Below are positions 8,170 through 16,933 of a DNA stretch of 42,544 nucleotides, in pieces. Within the stretch, counting starts at the first letter, position 1; every line of letters starts with the position of its first letter. Source of the DNA: a virus (Duplodnaviria > Heunggongvirae > Uroviricota > Caudoviricetes); IMG/VR virus record IMGVR_UViG_2718218358_000001, positions 1 to 42,544 of that record; one strand, 5' to 3'. Under the pieces are notes generated by a model. The model did not search any database. It saw only the letters and a program-made list of their open reading frames with translations, and was not told the origin of the DNA. Made by a program: the position numbers and the translations under genes.

Positions 8170-8481
8170 GTTGACCTCCGATGAAACAACTTTGGAATTG
8201 ATAGTGATTGCAAAGTGGTTTCTGGCCCCTCGAATTGAGGGGCAGAAAGAGCATCTCGCCACCTAATAGGTCGATGCTCTGATCGAGAGATTTAATTAAC
8301 CTCGGTTTTGAAGTTATGCATTCACATAAATCCTCCTGTTGCATGTGCAGCATTGGCTGTGTTTGGCGGCTGCATTTCGCCTATGGAATTGACTTTGGCG
8401 GTGACGCGCCGGGTGCTTATCTTCCGGTTGCCGTCGTGCAGCTGCACTTCACGTCACCCCAAAGCCAACTACTCTTTGGTT

Positions 8482-8521
8482 CCCGCATTTCGGCGGGACA
8501 ATCCCATCAATGTTAAAGAGC
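8482..8521 (-). promoter_or_regulatory. nutL (boxA GCTCTTTAACA plus boxB hairpin CCCGCCGAAATGCGGG)
   Basis: boxA and boxB are identical to those in the rightward transcript at 9613..9654. Confidence 0.6.
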
Positions 8522-8568
8522 CTGCCAATCTGTTCCGTTTGGCTACCAGCGTCCTGCTGATGGCTTAA

Positions 8569-8586
8569 ATTTAAGATCTCTTTAAT
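8569..8586. promoter_or_regulatory. OL operator (ATTTAAGATCTCTTTAAT, P22 C2-type); pL expected in 8560..8660
   Basis: 18-bp site with the same ATTTAAG-N4-CTTTAAT pattern as the OR sites; further degenerate copies at about 8612..8651. Confidence 0.5.
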
Positions 8587-8663
8587 TAATGGTCAAGAGT
8601 ATTTTTGAAGAAAACTTAAATTTTCTTTCGTAACTTAAGTTTGGCTTTGATTTTTAAAGGAAA

Positions 8664-8687
8664 TAAAAAAAAAGGGGCGAATGCCCC
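8664..8687 (-). terminator. rho-independent terminator downstream of c2 (minus strand)
   Basis: hairpin GGGGC-ATTC-GCCCC followed by a T9 run on the minus strand, immediately after the c2 stop. Confidence 0.5.
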
Positions 8688-8688
8688 C

Positions 8689-9339
8689 TTATGGAAGGTT
8701 TGCTAGTTTTGCATCGACAACTACGCCGATGATTTTGCAGTTTCCGTTGATCTCGATCATCGGATATTGTGGGTTAAGTGGTTTTAGAAACTTCCTGCCT
8801 GCATCAATAACTAACTTCTTGAAAGTTGCCTCGTTTTCTCCTTCGAGCTTTGCAACTACCAGTTTCCCGTTACGCGGCTCTACTTCAGGATCGACGAGTA
8901 TTATCATTCCTTCAGGGATACTGAGACCGGCCGGAGCCGTCATTGAGTCTCCCTTCACGTCCAACCAAAACGAATCTTCTGAACAGTCTACGGTTGTATC
9001 GTACCAGTTATCTATTGCACGCTTATGATATGGTTCTACAGCTTCCATCCAGCATCCTGCGCTCACCCAGCTAATCAGAGGGTATGACCCTCTTGGATCA
9101 TGCCTACTGTGATAGGCAATGTTTGAAAGACTTTCCTCTCCTTTCATCAGATAGTCAGGGGAACACTTCAACGCATTAGCCAGGGCGAGAAGATTCTCTC
9201 CATTTGGCTCTGTCTCAGAGCGTTCCCACTGAGATATGGCAACATTAGACACGCCGACCATCTTTCCAAGTGCGGCCTGCCTGATCTTGAGTTCTTTTCT
9301 CCGAGCGCGAATGCGCTCTCCCATCAATTGAGTTTTCAT
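8689..9339 (-). CDS. c2: prophage repressor C2 (P22 c2 type; HTH plus LexA/S24-like cleavage domain)
   Basis: 216 aa; MKTQLMGERIRARRKELKIRQAALGKMVGVSNVAISQWERSETEPNGENLLAL... near-identical to remembered P22 C2. Confidence 0.9.
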   Translation of the reverse strand: MKTQLMGERIRARRKELKIRQAALGKMVGVSNVAISQWERSETEPNGENLLALANALKCSPDYLMKGEESLSNIAYHSRHDPRGSYPLISWVSAGCWMEAVEPYHKRAIDNWYDTTVDCSEDSFWLDVKGDSMTAPAGLSIPEGMIILVDPEVEPRNGKLVVAKLEGENEATFKKLVIDAGRKFLKPLNPQYPMIEINGNCKIIGVVVDAKLANLP

Positions 9340-9405
9340 AGTTAAGACATCTTAAATAAACTTGACTTAAGATTCCTTTAGTGGATAATTTAAGTGTTCT
9401 TTAAT
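9340..9405. promoter_or_regulatory. OR operators (three 18-bp sites at 9340..9357, 9365..9382, 9388..9405) with PRM/PR
   Basis: AGTTAAGACATCTTAAAT, ACTTAAGATTCCTTTAGT, ATTTAAGTGTTCTTTAAT between the divergent c2 and cro starts. Confidence 0.65.
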
Positions 9406-9419
9406 TTCGGAGCGAGTCT

Positions 9420-9605
9420 ATGTACAAGAAAGATGTTATCGACCACTTCGGAACCCAGCGTGCTGTAGCTAAAGCGTTAGGCATTAGCGACGCAGCAGTC
9501 TCTCAGTGGAAGGAAGTCATCCCAGAGAAAGACGCCTATCGACTGGAAGTCGTTACAGCTGGCGCCCTGAAGTATCAAGAAAGCGCTTACCGCAAAGCGG
9601 CATAA
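9420..9605 (+). CDS. cro: Cro repressor (P22 type)
   Basis: 61 aa; MYKKDVIDHFGTQRAVAKALGISDAAVSQWKEVIPEKDAYRLE... Confidence 0.9.
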   Translation: MYKKDVIDHFGTQRAVAKALGISDAAVSQWKEVIPEKDAYRLEVVTAGALKYQESAYRKAA

Positions 9606-9612
9606 GCAAATT

Positions 9613-9654
9613 GCTCTTTAACAGTCATGGTCCTCATTCCCGCCGAAATGCGGG
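9613..9654 (+). promoter_or_regulatory. nutR (boxA GCTCTTTAACA plus boxB CCCGCCGAAATGCGGG)
   Basis: same boxA/boxB as nutL; located between cro and cII. Confidence 0.6.
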
Positions 9655-9713
9655 AATACAACGCGCATAAGTTGATGCGCATAACTTCTTATTTGTTAAG
9701 GAAATACTTACAT

Positions 9714-10007
9714 ATGGTTCGTGCAAACAAACGCAACGAGGCTCTAAGAATCGAGAGTGCGTTGCTTAACAAAATCGCAATGCTTGGAACTGAGAAGACA
9801 GCGGAAGCTGTGGGAGTTGATAAGTCGCAGATCAGCAGGTGGAAGAGGGATTGGATTCCAAAGTTCTCAATGCTGCTTGCTGTTCTTGAATGGGGCGTCG
9901 TCGACGACGATATGGCTCGATTGGCACGACAAGTTGCTTCGATTCTCACCAATAAAAAACGCCCGGCGGCAACCGAGCGTTCTGAACAAATCCAGATGGA
10001 ATTCTGA
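9714..10007 (+). CDS. cII: CII-type transcriptional activator (lambda cII-like)
   Basis: 97 aa from the ATG at 9714 with AAGGA SD; MVRANKRNEALRIESALLNKIAMLGTEKTAEAVGVDKSQISRWKRDWIPKF... near-identical to remembered lambda CII. Confidence 0.85.
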   Translation: MVRANKRNEALRIESALLNKIAMLGTEKTAEAVGVDKSQISRWKRDWIPKFSMLLAVLEWGVVDDDMARLARQVASILTNKKRPAATERSEQIQMEF

Positions 10008-10039
10008 GGTCATTACTGGATCAATCCACAGGAGTCATT

Positions 10040-10201
10040 ATGACAAAACGTCGTAAGAAATACCAGGAAAAAGAAGATATTCGACACCCTGATTCACCTG
10101 AGGGATTAGTGGTAGCCGCAGCAAATAACAGGGCGTTCGCAGAGCGCCTTGTTGGTGTTTACAGACTAGCCAAAGCAGGAGTGAAACATGGGCGTCGTTA
10201 A
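10040..10201 (+). CDS. hypothetical small basic protein (53 aa)
   Basis: below the track threshold; ATG with CAGGAG SD, between cII and the replication initiator. Confidence 0.4.
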   Translation: MTKRRKKYQEKEDIRHPDSPEGLVVAAANNRAFAERLVGVYRLAKAGVKHGRR

Positions 10202-10250
10202 GTTAGCTGATTACAGGCATAACCCTGTACAACATCAGGAGGCATCCAGT

Positions 10251-11078
10251 ATGGGGTATGTCTCTATACACCGCCAGTTTATGGACAGCAGGCTCTATAA
10301 GGACTCTCAGGCAGTACATCTTTGGCTTCACTTAATCCTCAAGGCTAATCACGAATCTACTGTCGTCAATACGGATATCGGTCCGATAACTGTTGATCGC
10401 GGTCAGATGATAACTGGACGCCCGTCGCTGGTCAGAGAAACATTCATCCCAGACAACAAAGTTCGGAGCTTATTACGGACTTTTGAGTCGAAAGGGATGC
10501 TTAATATTTGCTCGATGGGGAAGAAATTTAGCCTGTTTACAATCGTTAAATATGACGATTTTCAGGCAAAAAATTGTCCAACGGTTGTCCAACCGTTGTC
10601 CAACGCAAACACCAGTAATGGCGCGGCTCTCAGCGGAGATTGTCCAACGGTTGTCCAACGGTTGTCCATAAACAATAATATAAATAATATCTCTAATACT
10701 GACGTATTAGAGAGTACCGCAGCAGACAAAAAGTCTGACAAGAAAAAACCTTCCGTTAGCTGTCAGGATGTTGTCGATGCTTACCACGAAATCCTTCCTG
10801 AAGCGCCAAAAATCCGCGCACTGAATGACAAGCGTAAAAACCAGATCCGAACGTTCTGGCGCAAAGCCGGAGTGATAACCCGCCAGCTTGACGGGCATGG
10901 GTTCACGATGCAGGACTGGAGAAATTATTTGAGCTACGTAGGCGAAAATTGCCGATGGATGTTCGAAGAGCGCCCAAACCATCAGCGCGGAACCGTCTGG
11001 CACAAAAAGGGATTTGATTTCCTGCTTAACGATAATACCTACCTGAAAGTTCGTGAGGGTGAACACGATGACCGATAA
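10251..11078 (+). CDS. replication initiation protein (lambda O / P22 gp18-like)
   Basis: track ORF trimmed to the ATG at 10251 with AGGAGG SD; contains the ori iterons in its coding sequence, as lambdoid O genes do. Confidence 0.75.
   Translation: MGYVSIHRQFMDSRLYKDSQAVHLWLHLILKANHESTVVNTDIGPITVDRGQMITGRPSLVRETFIPDNKVRSLLRTFESKGMLNICSMGKKFSLFTIVKYDDFQAKNCPTVVQPLSNANTSNGAALSGDCPTVVQRLSINNNINNISNTDVLESTAADKKSDKKKPSVSCQDVVDAYHEILPEAPKIRALNDKRKNQIRTFWRKAGVITRQLDGHGFTMQDWRNYLSYVGENCRWMFEERPNHQRGTVWHKKGFDFLLNDNTYLKVREGEHDDR
10574..10672. repeat. origin of replication: six TTGTCCAACGG-type iterons in two triplets, followed by an AT-rich tract
   Basis: iterons at 10574, 10585, 10596, 10640, 10651, 10662; AT-rich region 10670..10700. 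Confidence 0.7.
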
Positions 11079-12504
11079 TTTTTATGCGCCGCCCCATAGC
11101 ATCGAGGCAGAGCAGGCGGTGATTGGTGGATTGCTTCTGGATGATGACAGCAGTGAGCGCGTCCAGAAAGTTCTGGCGATGCTGAAGCCTGATTCATTTT
11201 ACAGCCGACCACACAAAATCCTTTTCGAAGAAATAACCAGAATGCACCGGGAGCAAAAGCCAGTAGATGGCCTGACGCTTTTCGATGAACTGGAGCGCAA
11301 ATCGTTAACGGCGTCTGTTGGCGGTTTTGCTTATATCGCTGAGATCGCAAAGAACACGCCAAGCGCAGCAAACATCGTTGCCTATGCAATGCAGGTTCGT
11401 GAAACCGCAATGGAACGCTACGCCATCAACCGCATGACTGAAGCGACGGAATTGCTCTATTCCCGCAACGGAATGACTGCAACGCAGAAGTACGAAGCTA
11501 TTCAGGCGATTTTCACGCAACTGACAGACCATGCAAAAACCGGATCGCGTCGCGGCCTTCGCTCATTTGGTGAGGTCATGGAAGACTGGGTTAGCGACCT
11601 TGAGAAGCGATTTGACCCGTCAGGCGAACAACGAGGAATGAGCACAGGGATCCCATCGCTGGACAGGATGCTGTCACCGAAAGGTCTGGTGAAAGGCTCT
11701 CTGTTTGTCATTGGCGCTCGCCCTAAGATGGGGAAAACGACGCTATACAGCCAGATGGCAATCAACTGCGCAGTGCATGAGAAAAAGCCCGCTCTGATGT
11801 TCAGCCTTGAAATGCCCGGTGATCAGATACTGGAAAAACTGGTAGGACAGAAGTCAGGTGTTAACCCGAATATTTTTTACCTTCCGGCGACAAATGACGC
11901 TGATGACGGCTATCAGGGTGATTACGATGGTGACTTCAACAGGGCGATCGAAACAGCTAATCGCTTGAGTGAAATCGACATGCTTTACATCGACGACACG
12001 CCGGGATTATCTCTGTCTCAAATCGTCAGCGAAAGCCGTCGAATCAAACGAGAAAAAGGATGCGTTGGCATGATTCTGGTCGATTACCTGACACTAATGA
12101 CCGCTGAGAAGGCCGATCGCAACGACCTTGCTTACGGCATGATCACCAAAGGACTGAAGAACCTTGCCAAAGAGCTTGATTGCGTTGTTGTGCTTCTGAC
12201 GCAGCTTAACCGCGCACTGGAAAGCCGAACCAATAAACGCCCATTACCAAGTGACTCACGAGATACAGGGCAGATTGAACAGGATTGCGATTATTGGGTT
12301 GGGATCCATCGTGAAGGCGCTTTTGATGACAGTGTTCCACCTGGTGAAACCGAACTAATCCTTCGTCTCAATCGTCATGGCAATACCGGCACGGTGTATT
12401 GCATTCAGGCAAATGGCGCTATTTATGACACAGACCAACAGTCTGCTGAAATGCGCCGACGTGAACGCGAGGAACCGCAGTCCAAGAAGAAAGGAGGATT
12501 CTGA
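11068..12504 (+). CDS. replicative DNA helicase (DnaB family, P22 gp12-like)
   Basis: Walker A GARPKMGKT; N-terminal DnaB motif EAEQAVIGGLLLD; 478 aa. Confidence 0.85.
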   Translation: MTDNFYAPPHSIEAEQAVIGGLLLDDDSSERVQKVLAMLKPDSFYSRPHKILFEEITRMHREQKPVDGLTLFDELERKSLTASVGGFAYIAEIAKNTPSAANIVAYAMQVRETAMERYAINRMTEATELLYSRNGMTATQKYEAIQAIFTQLTDHAKTGSRRGLRSFGEVMEDWVSDLEKRFDPSGEQRGMSTGIPSLDRMLSPKGLVKGSLFVIGARPKMGKTTLYSQMAINCAVHEKKPALMFSLEMPGDQILEKLVGQKSGVNPNIFYLPATNDADDGYQGDYDGDFNRAIETANRLSEIDMLYIDDTPGLSLSQIVSESRRIKREKGCVGMILVDYLTLMTAEKADRNDLAYGMITKGLKNLAKELDCVVVLLTQLNRALESRTNKRPLPSDSRDTGQIEQDCDYWVGIHREGAFDDSVPPGETELILRLNRHGNTGTVYCIQANGAIYDTDQQSAEMRRREREEPQSKKKGGF

Positions 12505-12532
12505 TGACCATCTACATCACTGAGCTAATAAC

Positions 12533-12564
12533 AGGCCTGCTGGTAATCGCAGGCCTTTTTATTT
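12533..12564 (+). terminator. rho-independent terminator (tR2-like) between the replication genes and the nin region
   Basis: stem AGGCCTGC/GCAGGCCT with an 8-nt loop, then TTTTTATTT. Confidence 0.55.
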
Positions 12565-12579
12565 GGGGGAGAGTAAATC

Positions 12580-12786
12580 GTGGCTGAGTTTATGCTCGTC
12601 GCACTCAAATGCGTTGGCGTTGGATGGATTCTTCTGACGTTTTTTATTGTTCTGCATAGCTACATTCGTCTTGTGAATGACGGCAAAGACCCATGGTATA
12701 CGTTGTTTGGCGCTGCATTTGTCTGGGTGATTATCGGTGTTATGCCTGTTGTCGTAGCAAAAATGGCGTGGCGTTTTGTGAGTTGA
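12580..12786 (+). CDS. hypothetical small membrane protein
   Basis: GTG start with GGGGGAGAG SD (in-frame ATG at 12592 is an alternative); two hydrophobic segments. Confidence 0.45.
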   Translation: MAEFMLVALKCVGVGWILLTFFIVLHSYIRLVNDGKDPWYTLFGAAFVWVIIGVMPVVVAKMAWRFVS

Positions 12787-12803
12787 ACTGAGGGTAAGTA
12801 TCG

Positions 12804-13115
12804 ATGGACGAATCAAGAAAGCAGTTTGAAGAATGGTTTGAAAATTACACCGGATGTGATCCTAAAAATAAAATATACGCCAATATGGTTGAGATGTATT
12901 GGCAAGCGTGGCAGGCATCGCGAGCAGCTATTGAACTGGATATCGACTGGCCAGAATCGAATGACGACTTTTGGAAAGATGGTGAAGAAGGTGCTTATGC
13001 GATGGGTTATGAGGATGGGAGTGACAAAACGGTAATTGCAGTAATGAAAGCTATCAGAGCCGCTGGAATTAAAGAGAAGAATTTCGATGAAGCAAACAAT
13101 CTTCCTCCGAACTAA
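12804..13115 (+). CDS. hypothetical nin-region protein (103 aa)
   Basis: ATG with GAGGG SD. Confidence 0.5.
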   Translation: MDESRKQFEEWFENYTGCDPKNKIYANMVEMYWQAWQASRAAIELDIDWPESNDDFWKDGEEGAYAMGYEDGSDKTVIAVMKAIRAAGIKEKNFDEANNLPPN

Positions 13116-13497
13116 GCAACAACAGCAAGCCGCAATCAACGCCATCCTCGCAACACCACTCGATAAAGACAAGCCAGTTACCATCCGCATTACTGACTAC
13201 AAGCGCAACCTTGACCAGAACGCAAAATTTCACGCTATGGTCGCAGATATCGCCAGGCAAGTTCAATGGTGCGGAAAATGGTTAAAACCGGAACAATGGA
13301 AGGTTTTGTTGATCAGCGGTCATGCAGTGGCAACAAAGCAGGAAGCTGATGTTTTGCCCGGCCTTGAAGGCGAATACGTCAACATTCGCGAAAGTAGCGC
13401 GCAGATGAGTGTGAAGCGTATGGCAAGTCTGATTGAGTACACGACAGCATGGGCTATTGGTCAGGGTGTCAGGTTCACTGACGGGAGGTACGATTGA
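13087..13497 (+). CDS. ninB: NinB recombination protein (Orf-like)
   Basis: 136 aa; resembles remembered lambda NinB (ITDYKRNLDQNAKFHAMVADIARQVQWCGKWL). Confidence 0.7.
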   Translation: MKQTIFLRTKQQQQAAINAILATPLDKDKPVTIRITDYKRNLDQNAKFHAMVADIARQVQWCGKWLKPEQWKVLLISGHAVATKQEADVLPGLEGEYVNIRESSAQMSVKRMASLIEYTTAWAIGQGVRFTDGRYD

Positions 13498-13694
13498 AGC
13501 TCACATGGTTTCACCATCACGACCTCACCAACGAAGAAGCAACTCAGTTAATCACCGCCTACCAATCCCGCAACGTAAAAACTCAACGAACGCTAAGCGC
13601 AGACCCTCGGTTATGGGTGGTTTCCGCGTTGCTTCCAGAATACGCCAGCGAGCCAAAGGGTAGGAGTAAGTATCAACAGAGGGTATGGGCATGA
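13494..13694 (+). CDS. hypothetical nin-region protein (66 aa)
   Basis: start overlaps the ninB stop (ATGA). Confidence 0.4.
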   Translation: MKLTWFHHHDLTNEEATQLITAYQSRNVKTQRTLSADPRLWVVSALLPEYASEPKGRSKYQQRVWA

Positions 13695-14527
13695 AGCACG
13701 TAGTTTTGTATAGCGGAGGCCACTCCTCGGCAATTGTCGCGATAGAGGTGGTCAGAAAATATGGAAGAGAAAATGTCATCCTGCTTAACCACGACATCAG
13801 TAGCACAGTAGAAGACGAGGACATCAAGAGATTTAAGGATGAGATATCAAGTTATTTAGGGATAGATGTTACGTATGCCAACCATGAAAGGTGGAAAGAC
13901 GCTACTCCAATATCTGTTTGCCTTGACGCGAGGGCATGGAAAGTTGGATCAGGTCAAATTCTATGCACCAACAGGCTTAAGACAGGACCGTTTGATCTGT
14001 GGCTGGAGCGTAATGATAGCCAAAAGGAAAATATCTACTACTACGGATTTGACAGAAATGAAATGCATCGAGTTCAGCGCCGCGTGGGTGTTATGGCTGA
14101 ACGAGGTTATAAAACTGACTATCCGATTGCCCTATGGCCGCAAAGAACAATCCACTCTACGGAAGAAATTGGCATTAACCGCCCAATGGCTTATTCGAGA
14201 TTTAAGCACGCAAATTGCATTGGCTGTTTAAAGGCAGGATGGCAACACTGGTACTGCGTTTATGTGCTTCGTAAAGACATCTGGAATGAGGCGAAAGCTG
14301 CGGAAGAGGAAATCGGATATGCAATTCACAAGGATGAAGCTGGCGCAGTTTATTTGGAGGAAAGGGAGGGGTTATTTGCCGAAATGGAAAGACTTGGAAT
14401 TCAGCCAAATGAACACGTCCCATCTGGAAAATTCTGGAGTATTGCTAAGCAAGCAGTTGCTGAGCGAGCTCTGCAAATAGACATGTTTGCCGATGACGAC
14501 GCATTACCTTGCGAATGTTCAACCTGA
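13691..14527 (+). CDS. PP-loop ATP pyrophosphatase of the PAPS-reductase superfamily
   Basis: N-terminal VVLYSGGHSS PP-loop motif; 279 aa; ATG at 13691. Confidence 0.65.
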   Translation: MKHVVLYSGGHSSAIVAIEVVRKYGRENVILLNHDISSTVEDEDIKRFKDEISSYLGIDVTYANHERWKDATPISVCLDARAWKVGSGQILCTNRLKTGPFDLWLERNDSQKENIYYYGFDRNEMHRVQRRVGVMAERGYKTDYPIALWPQRTIHSTEEIGINRPMAYSRFKHANCIGCLKAGWQHWYCVYVLRKDIWNEAKAAEEEIGYAIHKDEAGAVYLEEREGLFAEMERLGIQPNEHVPSGKFWSIAKQAVAERALQIDMFADDDALPCECST

Positions 14528-14537
14528 GGAAATAGCT

Positions 14538-14807
14538 ATGAGCGCAGAAGAAGACTACATCGAGCGTTTCTCTGACCTCATGGAAGATGCAGAAAGCGAA
14601 GGAGTCGACGGCATAAACATCATGATGAATTACCTTATGGCTTATGTGGAGGCAATGACAGGGGGCGAAGAAGAGCAGGGAATTATCTGGCAGTTAGGCG
14701 ACAAAGACCTGGTTATTTCCATTGAACCAGCAGAGCAAGCGGCGAGGTTTCACCGACATCATCTGCGAAAACTGCAAATACCTTCCAACGAAACGCTCCA
14801 GAAATAA
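14538..14807 (+). CDS. hypothetical acidic protein (89 aa)
   Basis: ATG with GAGGA SD; its 3' end overlaps the ninE start by 86 nt in another frame, so one of the two boundaries may be wrong. Confidence 0.4.
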   Translation: MSAEEDYIERFSDLMEDAESEGVDGINIMMNYLMAYVEAMTGGEEEQGIIWQLGDKDLVISIEPAEQAARFHRHHLRKLQIPSNETLQK

Positions 14808-14904
14808 ACGCAAGCCAATCCCAAAAGAATCTGACGTAAAAACCTTCAATTACACGGCTCACCTGTGGGATATCCGGTGGCTAAGACATCGTGCGAGGAA
14901 ATGA
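14722..14904 (+). CDS. ninE: NinE
   Basis: [44 protein letters not shown] matches remembered lambda NinE. Confidence 0.7.
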   Translation: MNQQSKRRGFTDIICENCKYLPTKRSRNKRKPIPKESDVKTFNYTAHLWDIRWLRHRARK

Positions 14905-15308
14905 CAATGCTTTTAATTCAACCTGGATTTGGCCTTAGCATCAAAAAAGGGCACATGTTTGGCGAGAAAGAGTCTCAACGAAAAATGGTGTCTATCCAGT
15001 TGCCATTTATCAGTATTTTATGGCTAAACAGGGAGGCAACAAATTATTGGTATACATGCGCCAGAGCAGCATTTAACGACCCTGACTGGTTTGTGGAAAA
15101 CCACCACGCAGTTCGTCAGGCAAAGAGAAAGGCCAATACGACATACATGAAGGCGTATCGAAAAGCATGGAAAGAACACCGCGATCGATACCAACAAGAC
15201 ATGGAAAAACTTGAATCAGAAAACATGGAATTAAGACGAAAGCTTGGTGAAGCAAAACGAGACATTGATGCTTACAAGCGACTTTTTAATGGTGAAAGCC
15301 ATGCTTAG
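14901..15308 (+). CDS. hypothetical nin-region protein (135 aa)
   Basis: ATG overlaps the ninE stop (ATGA) with GAGGAA SD. Confidence 0.5.
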   Translation: MTMLLIQPGFGLSIKKGHMFGEKESQRKMVSIQLPFISILWLNREATNYWYTCARAAFNDPDWFVENHHAVRQAKRKANTTYMKAYRKAWKEHRDRYQQDMEKLESENMELRRKLGEAKRDIDAYKRLFNGESHA

Positions 15309-15477
15309 CCCATCCCAATCTCTTCAATACCAGAAAGAAAGCGTCGAGCGGGCTTTAACGTGCGCTAACTGCGGCCAGAAGCTGCATGTGCTGGAAGTTC
15401 ACGTGTGTGAGCACTGCTGCGCAGAACTGATGAGCGATCCGAATAGCTCAATGTACGAGGAAGAAGACGATGGCTAA
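15301..15477 (+). CDS. ninF: NinF
   Basis: 58 aa; [43 protein letters not shown] matches remembered lambda NinF. Confidence 0.7.
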   Translation: MLSPSQSLQYQKESVERALTCANCGQKLHVLEVHVCEHCCAELMSDPNSSMYEEEDDG

Positions 15478-16081
15478 ACCAGCGCGAAGACGATGTAAAA
15501 ACGATGAATGTCGGGAATGGTTTCACCCTGCATTCGCTAATCAGTGGTGGTGCTCTCCAGAGTGTGGAACCAAGATAGCACTCGAACGACGAAGTAAAGA
15601 ACGCGAAAAAGCGGAAAAAGCAGCAGAGAAGAAACGACGACGAGAGGATCAGAAACAGAAAGATAAACTTAAGATTCGAAAACTCTCCTTAAAGCCCCGC
15701 AGTTACTGGATTAAACAAGCCCAACAAGCCGTAAACGCCTTCATCAGAGAAAGAGACCGCGACTTACCATGTATCTCGTGCGGAACGCTCACGTCTGCTC
15801 AGTGGGATGCTGGACATTACCGGACAACTGCTGCAGCACCTCAACTCCGATTTGATGAACGCAATATTCACAAGCAATGCGTGGTGTGCAACCAGCACAA
15901 AAGCGGAAATCTCGTTCCGTATCGCGTCGAACTGATTAACCGCATCGGGCAGGAAGCAGTAGACGAAATCGAATCAAACCATAGCCGCCATCGCTGGACT
16001 ATCGAAGAGTGCAAGGCGATCAAGGCAGAGTACCAACAGAAACTCAAAGACCTGCGAAATAGCAGAAGTGAGGCCGCATGA
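15470..16081 (+). CDS. ninG: NinG (Rap-like recombination endonuclease)
   Basis: 203 aa; Cys-rich N-terminus plus basic region; typical nin position and size. Confidence 0.75.
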   Translation: MAKPARRRCKNDECREWFHPAFANQWWCSPECGTKIALERRSKEREKAEKAAEKKRRREDQKQKDKLKIRKLSLKPRSYWIKQAQQAVNAFIRERDRDLPCISCGTLTSAQWDAGHYRTTAAAPQLRFDERNIHKQCVVCNQHKSGNLVPYRVELINRIGQEAVDEIESNHSRHRWTIEECKAIKAEYQQKLKDLRNSRSEAA

Positions 16082-16284
16082 CGTTCTCAGTAAAAACCAT
16101 TCCAGACATGCTCGTTGAAGCATACGGAAACCAGACAGAAGTAGCACGCAGACTGAAATGTAGTCGCGGCACGGTAAGAAAATACGTTGATGATAAAGAC
16201 GGGAAAATGCACGCCATCGTCAACGACGTTCTCATGGTTCATCGCGGATGGAGTGAAAGAGATGCGCTATTACGAAAGAATTGA
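16078..16284 (+). CDS. ninH: NinH
   Basis: 68 aa; [37 protein letters not shown]. Confidence 0.75.
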   Translation: MTFSVKTIPDMLVEAYGNQTEVARRLKCSRGTVRKYVDDKDGKMHAIVNDVLMVHRGWSERDALLRKN

Positions 16285-16933
16285 TGGCAGCAAATACCGA
16301 AATGTTTGGGTAGTTGGCGATCTGCACGGATGCTACACGAACCTGATGAAAAAACTGGAGACGATAGGATTCGACACCAAAAAAGACCTGCTTATCTCGG
16401 TTGGCGATTTGGTCGATCGCGGTACAGAGAACGTTGAATGCCTGGAATTAATCACATTCCACTGGTTCAGAGCTGTACGTGGAAACCATGAGCAAATGAT
16501 GATTGATGGCTTATCAGAGCGCGGAAACGTCAATCACTGGCTGCTTAATGGCGGTGGCTGGTTCTTTAATCTCGATTACGACAAAGAAATTCTGGCTAAA
16601 GCTCTTGCCCATAAAGCAGATGAACTTCCGTTAATCATCGAACTGGTGAGTAAAGATAAAAAATATGTCATCTGCCACGCCGATTATCCTTGTGACGAAT
16701 ACGAGTTTGGAAAGCCAGTTGATCATCAGCAGGTAATCTGGAACCGCGAACGAATCAGCAACTCACAAGACGGGATCGTGAAAGAAATCAAAGGCGCGGA
16801 CACGTTCATCTTTGGTCATACGCCAGCAGTGAAACCACTCAAGTTTTCCAACCAGATGTATATCGATACCGGCGCAGTGTTCTGCGGAAACCTCACATTG
16901 ATTCAGGTACAGGGAGAAGGCGCGTGGGCATAA
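16262..16933 (+). CDS. serine/threonine protein phosphatase (lambda NinI-like, calcineurin-like metallophosphatase)
   Basis: GDLHG, GDLVDRG and GNHE metallophosphatase motifs; ATG at 16262. Confidence 0.85.
   Translation: MRYYERIDGSKYRNVWVVGDLHGCYTNLMKKLETIGFDTKKDLLISVGDLVDRGTENVECLELITFHWFRAVRGNHEQMMIDGLSERGNVNHWLLNGGGWFFNLDYDKEILAKALAHKADELPLIIELVSKDKKYVICHADYPCDEYEFGKPVDHQQVIWNRERISNSQDGIVKEIKGADTFIFGHTPAVKPLKFSNQMYIDTGAVFCGNLTLIQVQGEGAWA

Noticed and set aside
8225-8243. Hairpin GCCCCTCGAATTGAGGGGC considered as a rho-independent terminator
   Set aside because: No U-tract follows it on either strand; kept only as a possible nut-like or processing element in the findings.
8308-8568. Plus-strand ORFs of 86 and 66 aa in the region between N and c2
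   Set aside because: They lie antisense to the pL leader that carries nutL, have no SD, and translate to Cys/Arg/Ala-rich low-complexity sequence; the minus strand has no ORF longer than 17 codons here. Treated as noncoding leader.
10473-10671. Overlapping ORFs on both strands (61 and 62 aa) inside the initiator gene
   Set aside because: They are produced by the repeated TTGTCCAACGG iterons (translations repeat CPTVVQRLSN) and overlap a well-supported gene.
11039-11410. 123-aa minus-strand ORF across the initiator/helicase junction
   Set aside because: Antisense to two strongly supported genes; His/Arg/Cys-rich translation; no SD.
12504-12587. 27-codon ORF starting at the helicase stop codon
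   Set aside because: It runs straight through the tR2-like terminator hairpin and has no independent SD; more likely a terminator than a gene.
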